Source of the DNA: Yuukianura sp. NJ FZ-2021
Lineage: Eukaryota
DNA: 64,000 nt
Direction of reading: 5' to 3'
Assembly (NCBI GenBank): GCA_046563655.1
Contig: CM102285.1
Span: 1,550,001-1,614,000, forward strand
Made by a program: the position numbers and the translations under genes. Positions within the stretch are counted from its first letter, which is position 1. Each line of letters opens with the position of its first letter. The notes beneath the pieces were generated by a model. That model did no database searches. It was not told where the DNA came from and saw only the letters and a list, made by a program, of their open reading frames with translations. Shown piece by piece: positions 1 through 13,359 of the stretch.

Positions 1-31
1 GTTTTAAAACGTTTTTTTTTACTTTTGATAG

Positions 32-243
32 TGCCAAAGGCTTTTGTAAATATTTATCAACTGATTCAAGAGGGAGCTTCAGAAACAGCAAAAGAACGGC
101 ACTTCGTCTATGGATTCAACAAGGCAGAATGGCAACCAGAACTTCTGAAACGTATTGCACCAGACCAACTTACAACGCAATACGGTGGTACTAAAAGTAT
201 TTACACAAAACCTCATAAACAACAATCCATTTTAAAAAATTAG
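32..243 (+). CDS. SEC14-like CRAL-TRIO lipid-binding protein, terminal exon (gene starts upstream of the window)
   Basis: Acceptor ttttgatag at 23-31. Encodes VPKAFVNIYQL...YGFNKAEWQPELLKRIAPDQLTTQYGGTK, a typical CRAL-TRIO C-terminus, clearly paralogous to the last exons at 46858, 49982 and 52405. Confidence 0.85.
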
Positions 244-2329
244 TTTCAAAATTGAGATTTTTTTGAAACATGAATTTTATGGTCATACTACAAACGGATG
301 GTGTATTGGAAAGAAAACTTTTTTTTTGAATTTCTACTGTGAAATTTTTGTCTGCCGTATAAATCATGCTCCATTTTATTATTAAATCCCAATTCTTTCT
401 CTCTTTCTCTGCCGCTCATAAATCTCCATCACCCTCCTAAAATATGAACTCAAATTCCTCTCCTCCAACCTCCTAAATTAATGTCACTTTTCCTTTTCTC
501 CAAAATTTCGAAAAAATTTCAAAAAAACGAGATTTCCCTCCACCACAAAAATCTCTCATTTTTGAAATTCAGTCCAAGAAGCTAAGCTTTATTGGCTCCC
601 TCAAATTAAAAAAAACGATTTGTCACATTTTTTGAATTTCAAAAACACTTTTTGAGGACTACGAAAAGCTTCTTATTGTTGTAGAGTTGTGTAGAATTAT
701 TTTGATCCTTCATATTTCAACAATGGAGAAGTTGAATTGCTCTTTTGGCGCGTTTCTTTTCAAATTTTGAAAGTTAGGGGATTTGAACAATTTTTTTTTG
801 CGGCGCGTATTTAGTACAAAATTTTAATACACGACAGAAGTGTTTCTCAGCTGCTTTTGAAAAATAGAGCTTCGTCATTGGTCTAATATGACTTTGAAGG
901 TGACAGATTTCGAGAGGGGATCAAAATTTTCCTTTCAAAATTTCAATTGACAAATGTAAAATGAAAAAGAGAAGCAGAAAGCCTGTGTTCCATTTCGACT
1001 GCTACTGAATTCAAACAGGTAAAATTTCAAATCCTATTTGAACAAAAAAAGTTACTTCATCCCATGGGGTCGTTTTTGAATTTTGAAAAGCATTGAGTTC
1101 AAATGGGAAAAAAATTTAAAAAAAGAAGAAGTTTCAATTGAATTGGAACAATTGTAGATTGAATTATAGAGCCTATTTATAGCGATTTCAATTGAATTTA
1201 CGAACTCATGTTCTGATTTGTATAGCTTTTCAAAAATAGTTGTAAATTTCAGTCGTAGAGTTCAATTCAAAATTTCCAAAGTTCAAAATTTGAAAATTTT
1301 CAAAATACTCAGTTTCAGTTTAACGGTGCTATTAAAGTGGTCACCTTGGTTGGTGTCATGACTTGTGCAGCTTAGTTTTTTTTTTTCGAAAAAGCAAAGT
1401 TTTTGTAAAATTGTGATTGTAAATTTGTAATGTTTCTTTTGAAAGTGTGGGAAAATGAATAATGTTCAAAATTTGTTTGTTTTGGGATTAGATTTTAGTG
1501 GGAAGTTGAGGTATATGTACAAAACACAACTAAAATTTTCACACGGACATATGTAGTTCACTTCAGGCGTTGGATGGAACTGCGCAGACTCCTCTGCTTA
1601 GATGACTAAAATGTTACAAATGTCCAAAATTGTCATTATGAAGGAAAAAAGGAAAGTAAGACTTTGTGTAAACACTTGATGGGCTTAAGCACAGTACTTA
1701 CTCTTCCTTTTCACGTTCATTTTTACTCCTGATTGTCTCATCTGCGCATACACTCATGTTTTAGAAATTGAATTCTCCCGCGAACATAATTCCTTATTCT
1801 CCCTCTGCTGAACTTAATTGAAAAGAACTCAAATCCCTTGACGGACATTAATCACACGATTCCACTCAAAGGCAAAATGCTATAAGCTCTCACCCACTTC
1901 ACTTACTAGCGCACCACTTTTCAAAAAAAGATTCAAAAACGAATCAGTCAAATTTTTGCTGACTAATCAAAATCCTTGACTTTGGCAAACCTCTTATGTA
2001 CTACAAAAAGTAAGACAAACATGTACAAATTCTAAGTTTTTAAAATAAGTTTAAAAAAACCGTTTAGAATAATTGTTAGCAAGAAAAACAAAAACTCAAA
2101 GAAACTGACAACGTTCGCGCCATCTAGCGAAGCAACGCTTTTGTACATTACACTGAAATCAAATTTTGCCATACATGAGGCGCTATCTACCGACACAAAA
2201 GTTTTTAAGTTTTCAACATTTGAAAGAGAAAGTTTCTCGAAGAAATGGAAAGTAGAACGAAAGTTTTTCAAAATCAGTGTTTTGTGACGGTTTCAATAAT
2301 AATTTCAAATTTATTACGACAGTAAATTC

Positions 2330-5300
2330 CTACACCTTTACAACCTGAAACAACATTACAAACACCCAACACATGAAAAACATCAAGGCCATTCGGAGTA
2401 AACTTTGAATCCAGAGCAACCTAGAGAACAAAAATTGCAAATTGCAAAATCATCTACAAAAAAAGTCAAAAATTTCAAAGGAAGTTACCGTTTCATTCGT
2501 TTTCTTGCGGTGGGAAGTGTGCTAATATCCTGTTTGAACAGATAAGTGCGCACACCTAAACAAAAATTCTGACAACATACTGTCTTATCAACGTCTCGAA
2601 TATTGAAATTGAACAGTTTCTGATCAACAGGAGACATGGAGTGAAAAAGAGCTTCAGTGTTGTTCGTATCGAACTTCCATTCATTTGTTGTAAAAAATGC
2701 AAACTGTTGGAGTTTACAAAGGGTTCGGTACAAACGCTTTGATCTTTGTAAACAAAACACAAAATAATTTTAACAAGCGCAAATTAAAAAAAAAAAGTTT
2801 CAAATTTAAGCACAAATTAAAAAAAAGTTTCAAATTTACCCATTTGGTTTTCTGATGACTTGCCCAACAAAGTGACCGAATTGCGTTGGCAAGTAATGCC
2901 AAAAAAAATCCTTCACTTTGAATAATGGATTTGAATTAAAAACAAGTCCTGGACACCAAACTGCGTCGTCCAACGGATTTTCTGTCAAGCATTTTGTAGA
3001 GATGCGGGCTATTTCACCCCACGTTATTGGATTTCCGTTGCTTGAGCAATAATTGTACACTTGGAGTTGATTTGGCCTAGAAGGGTCAAAGGTCAAACTT
3101 TAAAATCTGTATTAGTATTATAATACATTAACTCTTAAGCTATTTACTTACTCCGGAGTAGCTGTTTTCCAAGCTGCCGCGACTATCATGTTCACTGTGA
3201 GGTCAAGCGGTACTAAGTCGGCAATTTTTTGGGAATGGCCGATTATTGTGCGCAGAACTCCCATTCCATTTGCAGCAGCTGGAGCTGCTGCTGTATTGAA
3301 ATTGTCAATAAATCCAGCTACAGGTTCCTTCCAAGTACCCGTAACTACAACATCAATAGTTTAATAAATCTAGCTAGTATATATACTATATATAGTATTA
3401 CATTAATATTGTATTTATAAGTATATATAATACATTTAAATGATACAGTACAACATTTTAAACAAACCTATCGATGGTCGTACAATGCAAATCGGTAGAC
3501 TGTAGCTCTCCTTGTACAGCAAATACTCGGCCAACGCTTTAGTAAAAGTATAGGTATTTGGTTTTTGTCGAATAATTCTGCAAGTCAAAAAAAAAATGAA
3601 AGTTTGAGGTTTTGAAAGATGAATAGGGTAGGTGGGGGTAACTGTGGTACGGGGTAACTTGTGATAGTCGGCTATAACTTTGTTATTGTAACGATTTAAG
3701 AAAATCTAAAAATTAGCTGAGATAGCTGGGGCTAAGTGCTTCATGGTGGGTTAAAGAGGGAGATAATTAAGTCACATTTTCTTACTGAAATCAGTGACAC
3801 AGCTGTTAGACCAACTTACAACTCTTCATCCAAATTCTGCTTGCAGATTTTACAATTCAGTTTGCAAGGTCTAAGATACGATTTAAACAGTGACTGTTAT
3901 CTCAACCGACATCATCATTGTGGTAAGTGTTGCAATATGATTAGTTTTTAATTTTAGGTAGTTTCGTTAATTAGTTAAACTGATTACCACAATTTACCCA
4001 CAAATTCACAAAAGTGGGGGCAACTGTGGTTTTAACTAAAGAATAGGAGACTGACGCATAATATATTTTAGATGGTGCGAAAATACGTTCGCAAAACGGA
4101 CAAACGTCAATGGGACAGTGTACTCGTACATAAAGCGGAAGTGCGGAAATGCTAAAAACGATGACTCGGTTTTCAGAAAAAAGAATTCCAGAAATGCGGG
4201 GTTTATAATTCCAACCTGGAATTTCCAGTCAATCGGGCTACAATAATTATTGATGAATCAAACTTTGATCCTACAAAACTGAGCGTTACAAATGAACTGA
4301 ACTTAACGGCACTGAAATTCCCGAGTTGGTCACAACACCGATTGTAGCTGTCGCTACAAATTCTGTTATTCCTCCTGCTGAAAACATTTCTTCGGATTTT
4401 GCAAAGATTCTTCTGAATACTGTTCCTCCTCAAATCGCTAACGTCACCACTGTGAAGAAAAAACTAATTGATAATGCAGAGATCATTAGAAAGGAGTCAT
4501 ACCTCACGAAAGTAGAGGAAGAAAAACTGATCACAAAATCTAAGACGATTTCTACTCCAAAAGTGACAAAAGCTAGAGCTTCAAAAGAAAACAAACCACC
4601 ATGTGAAAACAATCGGTCAAAAAATGGGATAAGCGATATCTTTTCTAAATTTAACTGATTTGTGTGTAGCTCACACGCCCCTGTCACTTAATCGTCGACT
4701 TTGGATCAATTAAACTTCTTATCCGTAACAAAAATACGACCTACCACAGTTTCCCGCAGACCTACCACAATTACCCCATTTTTGCGGGTAACTGTGATAG
4801 GTTGTTTTGAAAATTTGAAAATTATTTAAAAATACTTAAGCAGTGAAATTTTTAAAACGTATGTGGTGGAATTAACTTAGAACAGTATGTGCTTGGCAAG
4901 CGTGGTCTTTAGTTAATTTGTAGTGCTACAAGTTGGGACATTTAAGACGCAAAAGTCGAAACCGTGAAAAAAACTACCACAGTTACCCCCACCTACCCTA
5001 CTCAAAATTCAAAATTTGAGTTTATTATTTTTAAGAGCGACATACACTGGAGTAATTTCTTCCAAGAGGTCATCAGGCATACATTCCAAAACTGTTTCCA
5101 AATTTGCTGGAAGAATCTTAGGAAGATACACTTTTTCTTCAATGTGATTCTTTTCGCAATTTGAGTACGCCGTAGACACATGCACCAACGCCTGCATTTG
5201 AAAATGGAATATTTTTTAAAATTATCATTCGAAGAAATTGAATTGTACTTGCCTGCAGATTGCTCAATTGATGGCAAAGGGCAATGATGCGTTTGATCCC

Positions 5301-5783
5301 CAAAGTGTTTGTGTTAAAGGCCACTTTCAACTTTTCATCAAATTTGACCGTCGCTGCGCAGTTAATTACAATCGACACTTTACTAATTAATGACTCAAGT
5401 GAATCTGTGCTAAGTCCAAGACCAGGCAAACTTAAATCTCCCGGAATCGGAACCACTTTTTTCAAAAGTTCAGGGTTTTCAAAAATCACGGTTTCAAACA
5501 TCTATAGTGAACAGAAGAGTTTGTTAATACGAAGTTAAGTAAATAATGAATTAAATTTTCAGATTAAAATCTCAAAACTCAGTACCTGACTGCTCAAAAG
5601 TTTTTCTAATCGTTCCTGAATGTTTGCAAATTTTGAATTTGGACGCAGAAGAATAAAAATGGTTCCAATTTCTGGACAACTTCGAAGCAGTTTTTCCAAA
5701 ATCCCTTTTCCAACAAATCCCGTTGCCCCTGTCAGAAAAATGGAGCGATGTTTATAAAAGTTGACGATGTATGAGTCTCCCAT
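2330..5783 (-). CDS. Fatty acyl-CoA reductase (NAD_binding_4 + Sterile domain), 8 exons: 5783-5586, 5501-5253, 5191-5046, 3577-3468, 3344-3152, 3076-2840, 2743-2489, 2420-2330
   Basis: Motifs TGATGFVGK, INCAATVKFDE, HVSTAY, PNTYTFTKALAE (YxxxK), IVRPSIV, FFTTNEWKFD, and a C-terminal TM helix. Splice phases are continuous; intron 2 is GC-AG. Confidence 0.93.
3626..4998 (+). mobile_element. Internally deleted pogo/Tigger-like (Tc1/mariner superfamily) DNA transposon in FAR intron 3
   Basis: Perfect 24-bp TIRs GGGTAGGTGGGGGTAACTGTGGTA (3626-3649 / 4975-4998) flanked by TA (3624-25, 4999-5000). Subterminal TIR-like copies are present. A remnant N-terminus MVRKYVRKTDKRQWD starts at 4072, and a C-terminal fragment ORF lies at 4326-4658. 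No DDE core. Confidence 0.88.
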
Positions 5784-6089
5784 TTTTGTTGCAATGTCAA
5801 ATATAACCAAAAAGTTGAAACTTTGTTCAAGCTTTCAATGAATTTCTCAAGACTTTTTACAAAGTTAGCTTTCTTAAGTTCGGACTAGATTAGGTTCCCT
5901 CTTTGTTCTAACTCAAAATTTATATACCACTGCTGACTGGAATTTGGGGGAAAAAGTCATTCGCATGCGTCTAACCTTTTGAAAAAATTATTTCGTCGAC
6001 TCTAGTTTTTTCTAATTCAAAATTTAAACCTATAAAATTGCGGCATTTTCCATGCGTTTAAAAAGGCAATTGACGTAATGCCTTTGGGA

Positions 6090-6820
6090 AAGTAGGATTC
6101 TCTCAAATTCATGATTATGATCAAGCCTTTCGAACTTGTTTTAAATGAAACGCAGTCTCTGTATTAAGTAAGGTTATATATTCCAATCTGTTAATTTCAA
6201 AAGAATTTTCTCAGCAAAGTACGTCAGTTGCAGTTTCGTAAGATTGGCGTGCCATGTGAAACCGATTACGTATGAAGAATCTCTTATTTCTTAAGTCGTC
6301 TCCACGCTACCACACTGGCAACAATGTTTGTGCCAGATTTATTGTCCGATGCTGGTGGCATCGACATTGGAAACGCGTTCACATTACTAATTTTAGGTAT
6401 TGGCGATCTACGAATAAATTAAAGGCAGGGAATTTCCTATTTTCAAACTTTTGTCAGTTCACGTTGTGATTCTGACACAAGTTGTGTCACACAACTCACT
6501 TTTCAACTACTGGCAGTTGTTTCCTAAAATTGTTCTCTATTGCTTTAACAAGGCTTTTGAAGTAATTGGTTTGGGAAAATGGGGTTTTCTCAAATTCATA
6601 ATTATGATAAAAGTATTTTGCATATTTTTTTAAGGAAATGTAATCTTTGCCAAGTAAGTGAAGTATTTTTATTGTAAATATATGTTCAAGGCTGATTAGA
6701 ATTTGATAGCTCTGCAAATTTAGCTAGTTGCAGAAAAATTATCTCCGCGAAGTTACGCAAGGACCAGTTCCAATTTCGCGCGAAATACGCGCCATGTGAG
6801 AGCGATGAGGTATGAAGCGT
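6090..6820 (-). pseudogene. Two tandem degenerate paralogous coding-like remnants of unknown family
   Basis: The 6095-6280 segment resembles 6580-6820 (translations SYVIGFTWHA vs SYLIALTWRV; HNHEFER vs HNYEFEK), with stops and frameshifts. Confidence 0.35.
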
Positions 6821-6929
6821 GAATTTGTGTTATCCCTTCGAATTTTCTGGCTAAACGAATTTGACAGAATTAACTTTGATCAATGATTGAATTTTTAAAA
6901 ATCATGAACTTTTAATGCATACAACGCCA

Positions 6930-9839
6930 CTAAAATCTAAATTTTATAACGGCAGTGCCAGAGTACAACTTCTGTGCCATTTTGCGGATTCTTTTAAATT
7001 GTTCAATCAGTAGTGCAGTAGCAGCAACAGTAACACCAGCTCCATAGAAATAAAATGCCGTAAGCGCGTTGGTATTGAAATGAAGTGCTTTTGGCTGCTC
7101 TTGACTTTTTCGCATGTACCTCCTATTTTCCTCAAAGACTTTGCGATCTTCCGTTGGGTAATGTACTTTTATCCATTTGTCCCAAATTTGAAATATTCCA
7201 GAAGATAGAATCAGTTGCATTCTGGCGTATAACTCCGCATGGTACTTGTGACCATAAAACACAAAACCGGTTCGGTAACCTTGGATTTTATCGCCATGTC
7301 GAAACGTCTTGCCTTGACTAACTTCAACACCACGCCGCTTCCAAATTTCGTTTTTAGCGTATATTGCGTCGAGCGCTTCCGGCGTTTCCATGACAACGGA
7401 ATCTTCGATAGCAAGGGTTGCATTGATGTAGTAGTCCATTCTCAGGTAAAGTTTAGGCGCGTAACGGCTAGGCTGAATCCGTGCTATCACGAGGTCATCT
7501 GGAAATGGAAACTGGACGCCACAACCCTTTTCCAAATGAAACCACTGGAAATCGTTTCTCAACTGCGCATGTTTGGATTCAATTTGGCTGATATATCCCT
7601 GGATACGTCGTTTCGTAGGACTATCTGCATTATGTGCTGAGACATAACCGTATGCAATAGAGGGTATGTCTTTGCCTAAAAGGAATGTTCCGTTTGGCGA
7701 CTCAGTTGGCCCGTACGCACATATAGTAATACCAGCACACGAAGGAAACCGAAGTTTGACGTCGTCGTTTATTTGATATATGAGTTCATACAACATTATG
7801 TAAGTATTTTCATCAACTATTGTGACAAATTTGTTAATGTCGGTAAGTGTTTTGTACCGTGCTGAAACCGGTTTCGGAGCTACAAGATCCATGACTACCA
7901 GTCCCTTGTAACCGTTAATGAAAACAATTGACATGAGACACCACAGTCCGACCATGATCCGGAACCAGAACTTCGGTACGAAGAAATTGACCTTTGATGT
8001 GATCCAGTGACCTGCCTCAAGTACTGTTCTATACATCAATATTTCCATGTCCGCCAACATTAAAAAGGGGTTTGTTCGAGGACTACCACTGGTATCCACT
8101 TGGGCGAAAATGGTAGTACAAATAGGTATGGCAACAAATGTAAAAAGTAAAATGTGTAACCATGACAACCAATCATAGCAGCGATAATACAGAGTAAAAT
8201 CGAGATGTGATTCAACTCCTTTGGTCGTTGTATAAGAAAACTCATATACTCCAGTCGGTACAGCAGTCAATACGTCACAAATTATTGAATACATCCGACA
8301 GCCCATACTTTCGATATGCGTCCATTTGTGCAGCGACATTGTTTGTAACGCAAATGTATCGATACTCGCTTGGAATGCTTCGTCCTGTACTATCGGTTCG
8401 TAAACCAGAAATGAAATAATTTCAAGTGTCAACTGTTGCATAGCAACTTCAATGTTGGTAACATTAGGATTTTTTAAGAAGGGAATAAATTTCCCGCCAT
8501 GTTGGGATTCCCATGTAGAAATAACATTGTAGTGCGCTTGGGTAAGAAATTTTGTTTGTTTTCCCGCTTCTGGCACAGATAGAAAATAGTAGTTTCGCCC
8601 TAGTCCTGCTCTGTTATGGAAATTTTTAATTTCCTGGATCAAATTTTGGTGCGACATGTTAGCATGCTCCATATACAGTAATTGAAGGAACGGCGAAAAT
8701 CCAGCGTATGAAAAAACGAGTAGTTTCGAAAAATGAATTTCGGCAACTACAGGAAATTGGGTTGACGTTTCATTGAATGTAAGTCGTTTAGTGTAGTGAA
8801 TCAATTGAAACGTGTTTTGGAACGGACTATCTGCTGTGAGTCGAGTTTCCATTAGAGTTGGTGCCAAAGTGGTTACAATGTTGTAGTAGAATGTCAACAT
8901 TGAGGCCTTCATGTGCCCATCTTTAGCAAGTATATTAGTACTATATAGCCAAAAAGCTGTAAAGGAACTTATGGATTCGTCATCTGTTGTCTCCGGAAAC
9001 ATGTCGAATATGGCATAGCAGGAATACTTTGTTCTTGGACGAAAAAGGTGAGTATGCTTCTGAGTAGGATATTCCGTCTTTCTAAAATTTAGCACATAAT
9101 TTTACACCTTTGAAAAAAATGATTTTGCGGTAAGTCAGAACTCCAACAAAAATTTCTCAAATTTAAAATCAGTTTAGTTATGATTAGTTCGAACCTAAAT
9201 TTTAGTAAATTTTAAACAAAGAAATATTATAGTAATATTATGTTCAAGGTTTGTTGACTTGGATTTTCTTTAACAGGTTGGCTAATACCTCACGTTTTTT
9301 TTTGATTTTACAAAAAGAAAAGTGTCTTTGCATTGTAGGGGATTGGAATCATAGCAATACAGCAGAATTTAAATTTTGCATACAAACTGGTACCAAGTTT
9401 TTGGATCGGTACTAAAATTGGTACCAAATTCTTGTTTTTTGTTCTTTTTCAACAAGCGAGGTAGTATCCAACTTGGTAAAGGAAATTAATTTTTCGTTGT
9501 CAAGGAAACTTGATCATGTTACAGTGTTATATTAAGGAGAAATTTAAAAAAGATGCAAATGTATTACCCTTTTGAATGAGTGGGGCGTACTTCCATGTAG
9601 TCAGCCATGTAAAAGATTGGTGTTGTGAGTGGATGCATCAACTTATACTTCCTCGAATCTTGAACGTAAATGGTAACATGGCAACGGGAATACTCTGCCA
9701 CAACACTGTTCAAGTTTTGAACGTAGTCTACGGGGAAACTTATACCAGGATTGGAGTCAGTTGTAACAGCGGACAGAGACAAAAAAATCTGGCAAAACCA
9801 GATAACGCTGCAAAAATTTACAAAATTTACAGACAGCAT
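6930..9839 (-). CDS. Divergent ionotropic receptor (IR)-like protein A; exons 9839-9568 and 9081-6930
   Basis: Signal-peptide exon and a phase-2 GT-AG intron. iGluR/IR topology: pre-M1 YDWLSW, pore-like LEAGH, M3 WCLMSIVFINGYKGLVVMDLVAP (SYTANL-equivalent), S2 end LILSSGIFQIW, and a terminal M4. Confidence 0.8.
9245..9512. mobile_element. MITE with CAAG(G) termini and 8-bp TSD (P-element-like ends) in IR-A intron
   Basis: Termini caaggtttgttgac...gtcaaggaaacttg. Flanks attatgtt / atcatgtt (7/8 match). An inverted related copy lies at 44797-45057. Confidence 0.7.
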
Positions 9840-10965
9840 ATTACAACTTGCAGGTGCAGGATTGATGAAAACTCGTTCGTTTGATGAAAACTGTTTAAAA
9901 GAATTCTCTTTCTTAAAATTGTAAATTCAAAAATTTAAATTGAAATGAAATGTCGAAATGTGTCGGAGAGGAACGCCCTTAAGTCGTGTCACGCAGCATT
10001 GCTTTGTAAGACATCGTGCTAAAATTTAAGGAATCAAAAAATTGGCAAAAACCTTTTAGAGGAAATTTCTATATTCATTATATATATTTATATGTCAAAA
10101 GTTTTGGAGCTTTCACATAACCCCCTAAGTCGTAATGCCAGATTAATATGTCAAGGAAATGACACGGTCCCCATAACCATTTGCAAAAAAAAAAATGCCA
10201 CCAATCGGAAAATTTTTTTCTTTGGAGCCTATGCCTATTTCACAAAAAAAAAGTGTTTAAAAGTTTAAAAATTTTTTATATTGCGTTAAATAAACTACGC
10301 TTATTATCTAAGCAAGGTTAAGTCAGAATCATTTGGAGCTTCGCAAGATTGTGAATCTGATCACGTATATAGAGTGAACATTTTATTTCTTGTAGACTTT
10401 TCTTGCTATACGTGTTTGTTTTCCTAAGAACAGTTGAGGTAGTATGAGATACTATGACTATATGTTATATGAGATATAGCAATATGAGATTAACTAACTA
10501 TTTATTATTCGGACGAGTAGAGATGGTATTGAATTGAGACAAAGTTTCAAGTTTTGGGATGAAATTTTAAAGTTCTTACGAAGTCGGCAAAGTCAATTTC
10601 AATTGATGACTGAATTCTTAAAAAAAAAGACGAAAGGATGGTTTCGGGTTTCTGTAGAAAAAACCGGCCCAGTGCCATTTGTTTGTTTGTATTTTCTCCG
10701 GCCCACTTAATAACGATATAAAACGTTTTAAACCCGGTGTTTTTTTCACAAATGTGCAACTTGTGCAACTTGTGTGAAAATATACAAATGGTTTGTATGC
10801 GCTGCACAATTTCCTTTCGGAATTGTGCATTGTATACAAACCGTTTGGGCGACGTCGAAACTGAAAGAAAAGATTACAAATGGCTAATTTTTAGAAAGTT
10901 CAATTTTTTATTTTCTCTTTAACTGGAATATATTAGAACTTAACGCTAACTAAAACTAAACTAAC

Positions 10966-12518
10966 CTAGCTATCCTTTCCTTCTATATCAAAATCACTTG
11001 GTTTTTGATGATACAAGTAAGTGCAGTCGAAGATTAGTTTAAGTACATCATCGCCAGCTAGAAAAAAACGGAAACGATTGTAAATATAAATCCAAGGATA
11101 GTTATATATTGACAAACTTACTGTAAGCATCATTATCATCCTCCTCTTCGTCATTGGTAGTGCGGAGTAGCTTGTTGAATGATTTGACAGAATGACGTGC
11201 AATAAGCTCTTTTCTCGTGATATGCTCAAACCCAAGATATTTTGGCAGAAACGTCTTCTCTAACGCCTCCAGGACGGAATCCAGTGTGTCGCTAACTGTT
11301 GAAATGTTAGGCACTCGGAACAAAAACGCTAGTTGCCTTTGAGTAAGGTTCATTCTAAGTTGCATCAAAAGCATCCCAACAGCATTACGTCTCGATCGAT
11401 TAGAACTGTTCTTGATAGTGCCACAATGATTGAGGATGTCTTCGAACACGTGCTTCGGGAATCCTGTTAGCATCTAAAACAAAGGACATAATAAATAGAA
11501 AACACTCAAACTTCAAACGGTAAATCATTTAATATTTAACATCATTGTAGAAGAATCAACATTTACCTTGTAATCTGCATCGCTCAGGTCAGAGTTTTCA
11601 GCGAAATCGATGCGTGGACCGATTGCTAGGTTAGTTAGGGTAGAAATCCAGTTAGAAACTTCAACTTCATCCAATTGGGAGTCGTCACTATGAGCTTGTA
11701 GGCCATCGAGAGCCTCCTGATTAAGTAATCCATTTTGTAGGTGTGTTGTGCAGCAACGGTTTCCTGTAGGAATTCTAATTTGTTTTCTAGCAAAGGCGTT
11801 CTTGATGGCAGCATCCCCAATGACGGTCCTTCCCGAACTCCTTTTGCAGACAAAACACCGACGCTGGCTTTTAATTGCAGATTTCATGCCTCGAACGTTA
11901 ACCATTTTTATGTCACGAGAACTGCCTTGGCTTGATGGTTGGGACAACTCAATTGAAGCTTCAGTGTTGATCAGGGTAGAAGAATTCGAAAGTTGAGTGG
12001 AGTCATAACTGTCTTCTCCCGAAAATGGCGACATTAGTGGTGTTGAGTCCGGTAGTGAGACATCTGAAACGAAAATTGTATCGTTCAATACTTTGTCATG
12101 AGCTATTAATCATAATTAACAACACAAAGAACAGATATGTCATTTATACCTTGAGAAGACGCGCAGGACTGTTCGCTGGAATCAATGTCCATGGATTCTA
12201 TTTCTTCCAAGTCCCCATTTTCCCGATTATTGTGAAAATTGGCGTAGTTTCTTGTGATTGGCCGAACAGGTTCAATAGCTTTGCTGGAAGCGATGGCTAC
12301 AACAAGAAAAAGTAATTAACAAATACCGGAATTTCATTTTCATGTTTAAGTTTTCGGATACTTTCGAACTTACCCATTCTTAACTTTCGACCAATAGAGC
12401 CTGAAGTTTCACGGCGTGTTACATGACACTTGGAGCAAATCGTGTTCCCATCCCAAACATGCTTCCTTTGATTGGATTGTAACTTTCGCATGCATTGTTC
12501 ACACTCCCAGCGTCCCAT
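10966..12518 (-). mobile_element. Truncated, intron-containing ISL2EU/PIF-Harbinger-type transposase gene
   Basis: Spliceable segments give a Cys-rich region (CFVC...IPTGNRCCTTHL), HTH_Tnp_4-like LRMNLTQRQLAFLF, LGFEHITR, and the first catalytic motif LIFDCTYLYHQK. A stop follows at 10966 and the rest of the DDE domain is missing. Element ends were not resolved. Confidence 0.78.
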
Positions 12519-12916
12519 TCTTGGATAAGTTTGTTCAGGTTAGTTCTTAGACGAACTTTTCACTTAACTTTCAGAGACAAGCTTTTTCACTTCCGTACAG
12601 TTCGGAAACTGAAAACCAACTGACAGATTTTTTTTAAATTCATATAAGTGGACATAGTTGAAACAAACATTTCAGGAAACTCATCATTTCCTTGGAAACA
12701 TCAAAATTTTAAAATTGCACAAAAGAAGATTTTTATTTAAAAAATTGTGCAAAAAGTAAAACCTGATTTTTAGTTGTGCAACATTTGCAATCGAAACTGT
12801 CAAAATGTGCACGTGATTAAAACCTAAGTGTTAAAAACTATTTTATACAAGAAATAAATGGAAGTTGTGATTTTTTCCATCGAAATATGGTCAACTTTGG
12901 TGACATTTTTAGGATA

Positions 12917-13013
12917 GAAGGCGGTGTCCCACCATTTCAATTTTTTTTACACTGATTCTACAACTCATAGTAGTGAATATCCTAAAATTTCAGGATGGTG
13001 GGACACCGCCTTC
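12917..13013. repeat. Perfect 19-bp inverted repeat upstream of the transposase (probable subterminal structure)
   Basis: gaaggcggtgtcccaccat (12917-12935) / atggtgggacaccgccttc (12995-13013). Confidence 0.8.
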
Positions 13014-13359
13014 ATTTTCATTTCCGTGCTCCAAGTTGGGCCCAAAATCCGAAACCAACCTTTAAAAGAAGAAAACTTCATCAAAATCTGAGTTTGGCAA
13101 CATCAGACTGCAACATTGCTTTGAACTTGTGTATCTTATCAAGTTGCAGATTAAATACAAGTAGCTATCCAATGTATACATATGTGCATTGATAAGACTA
13201 TACTTAACATACTGTAACAACCCAAATTCTTCCATTTTAAAACCTATATCGACGGAATTTCCGGAACTTATTTCCACAATTTTTTGCGGATTCGCTTTAA
13301 TTGTTCCATCAGCAATGTAGTAGCAGCGAAACCCAAAGAAAGTCCATTGTTAACATAAC

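Noticed and set aside
1480-1760. Possible short minus-strand exon (ATG...ga|gtaagt)
   Set aside because: No recognisable protein or convincing downstream exons.
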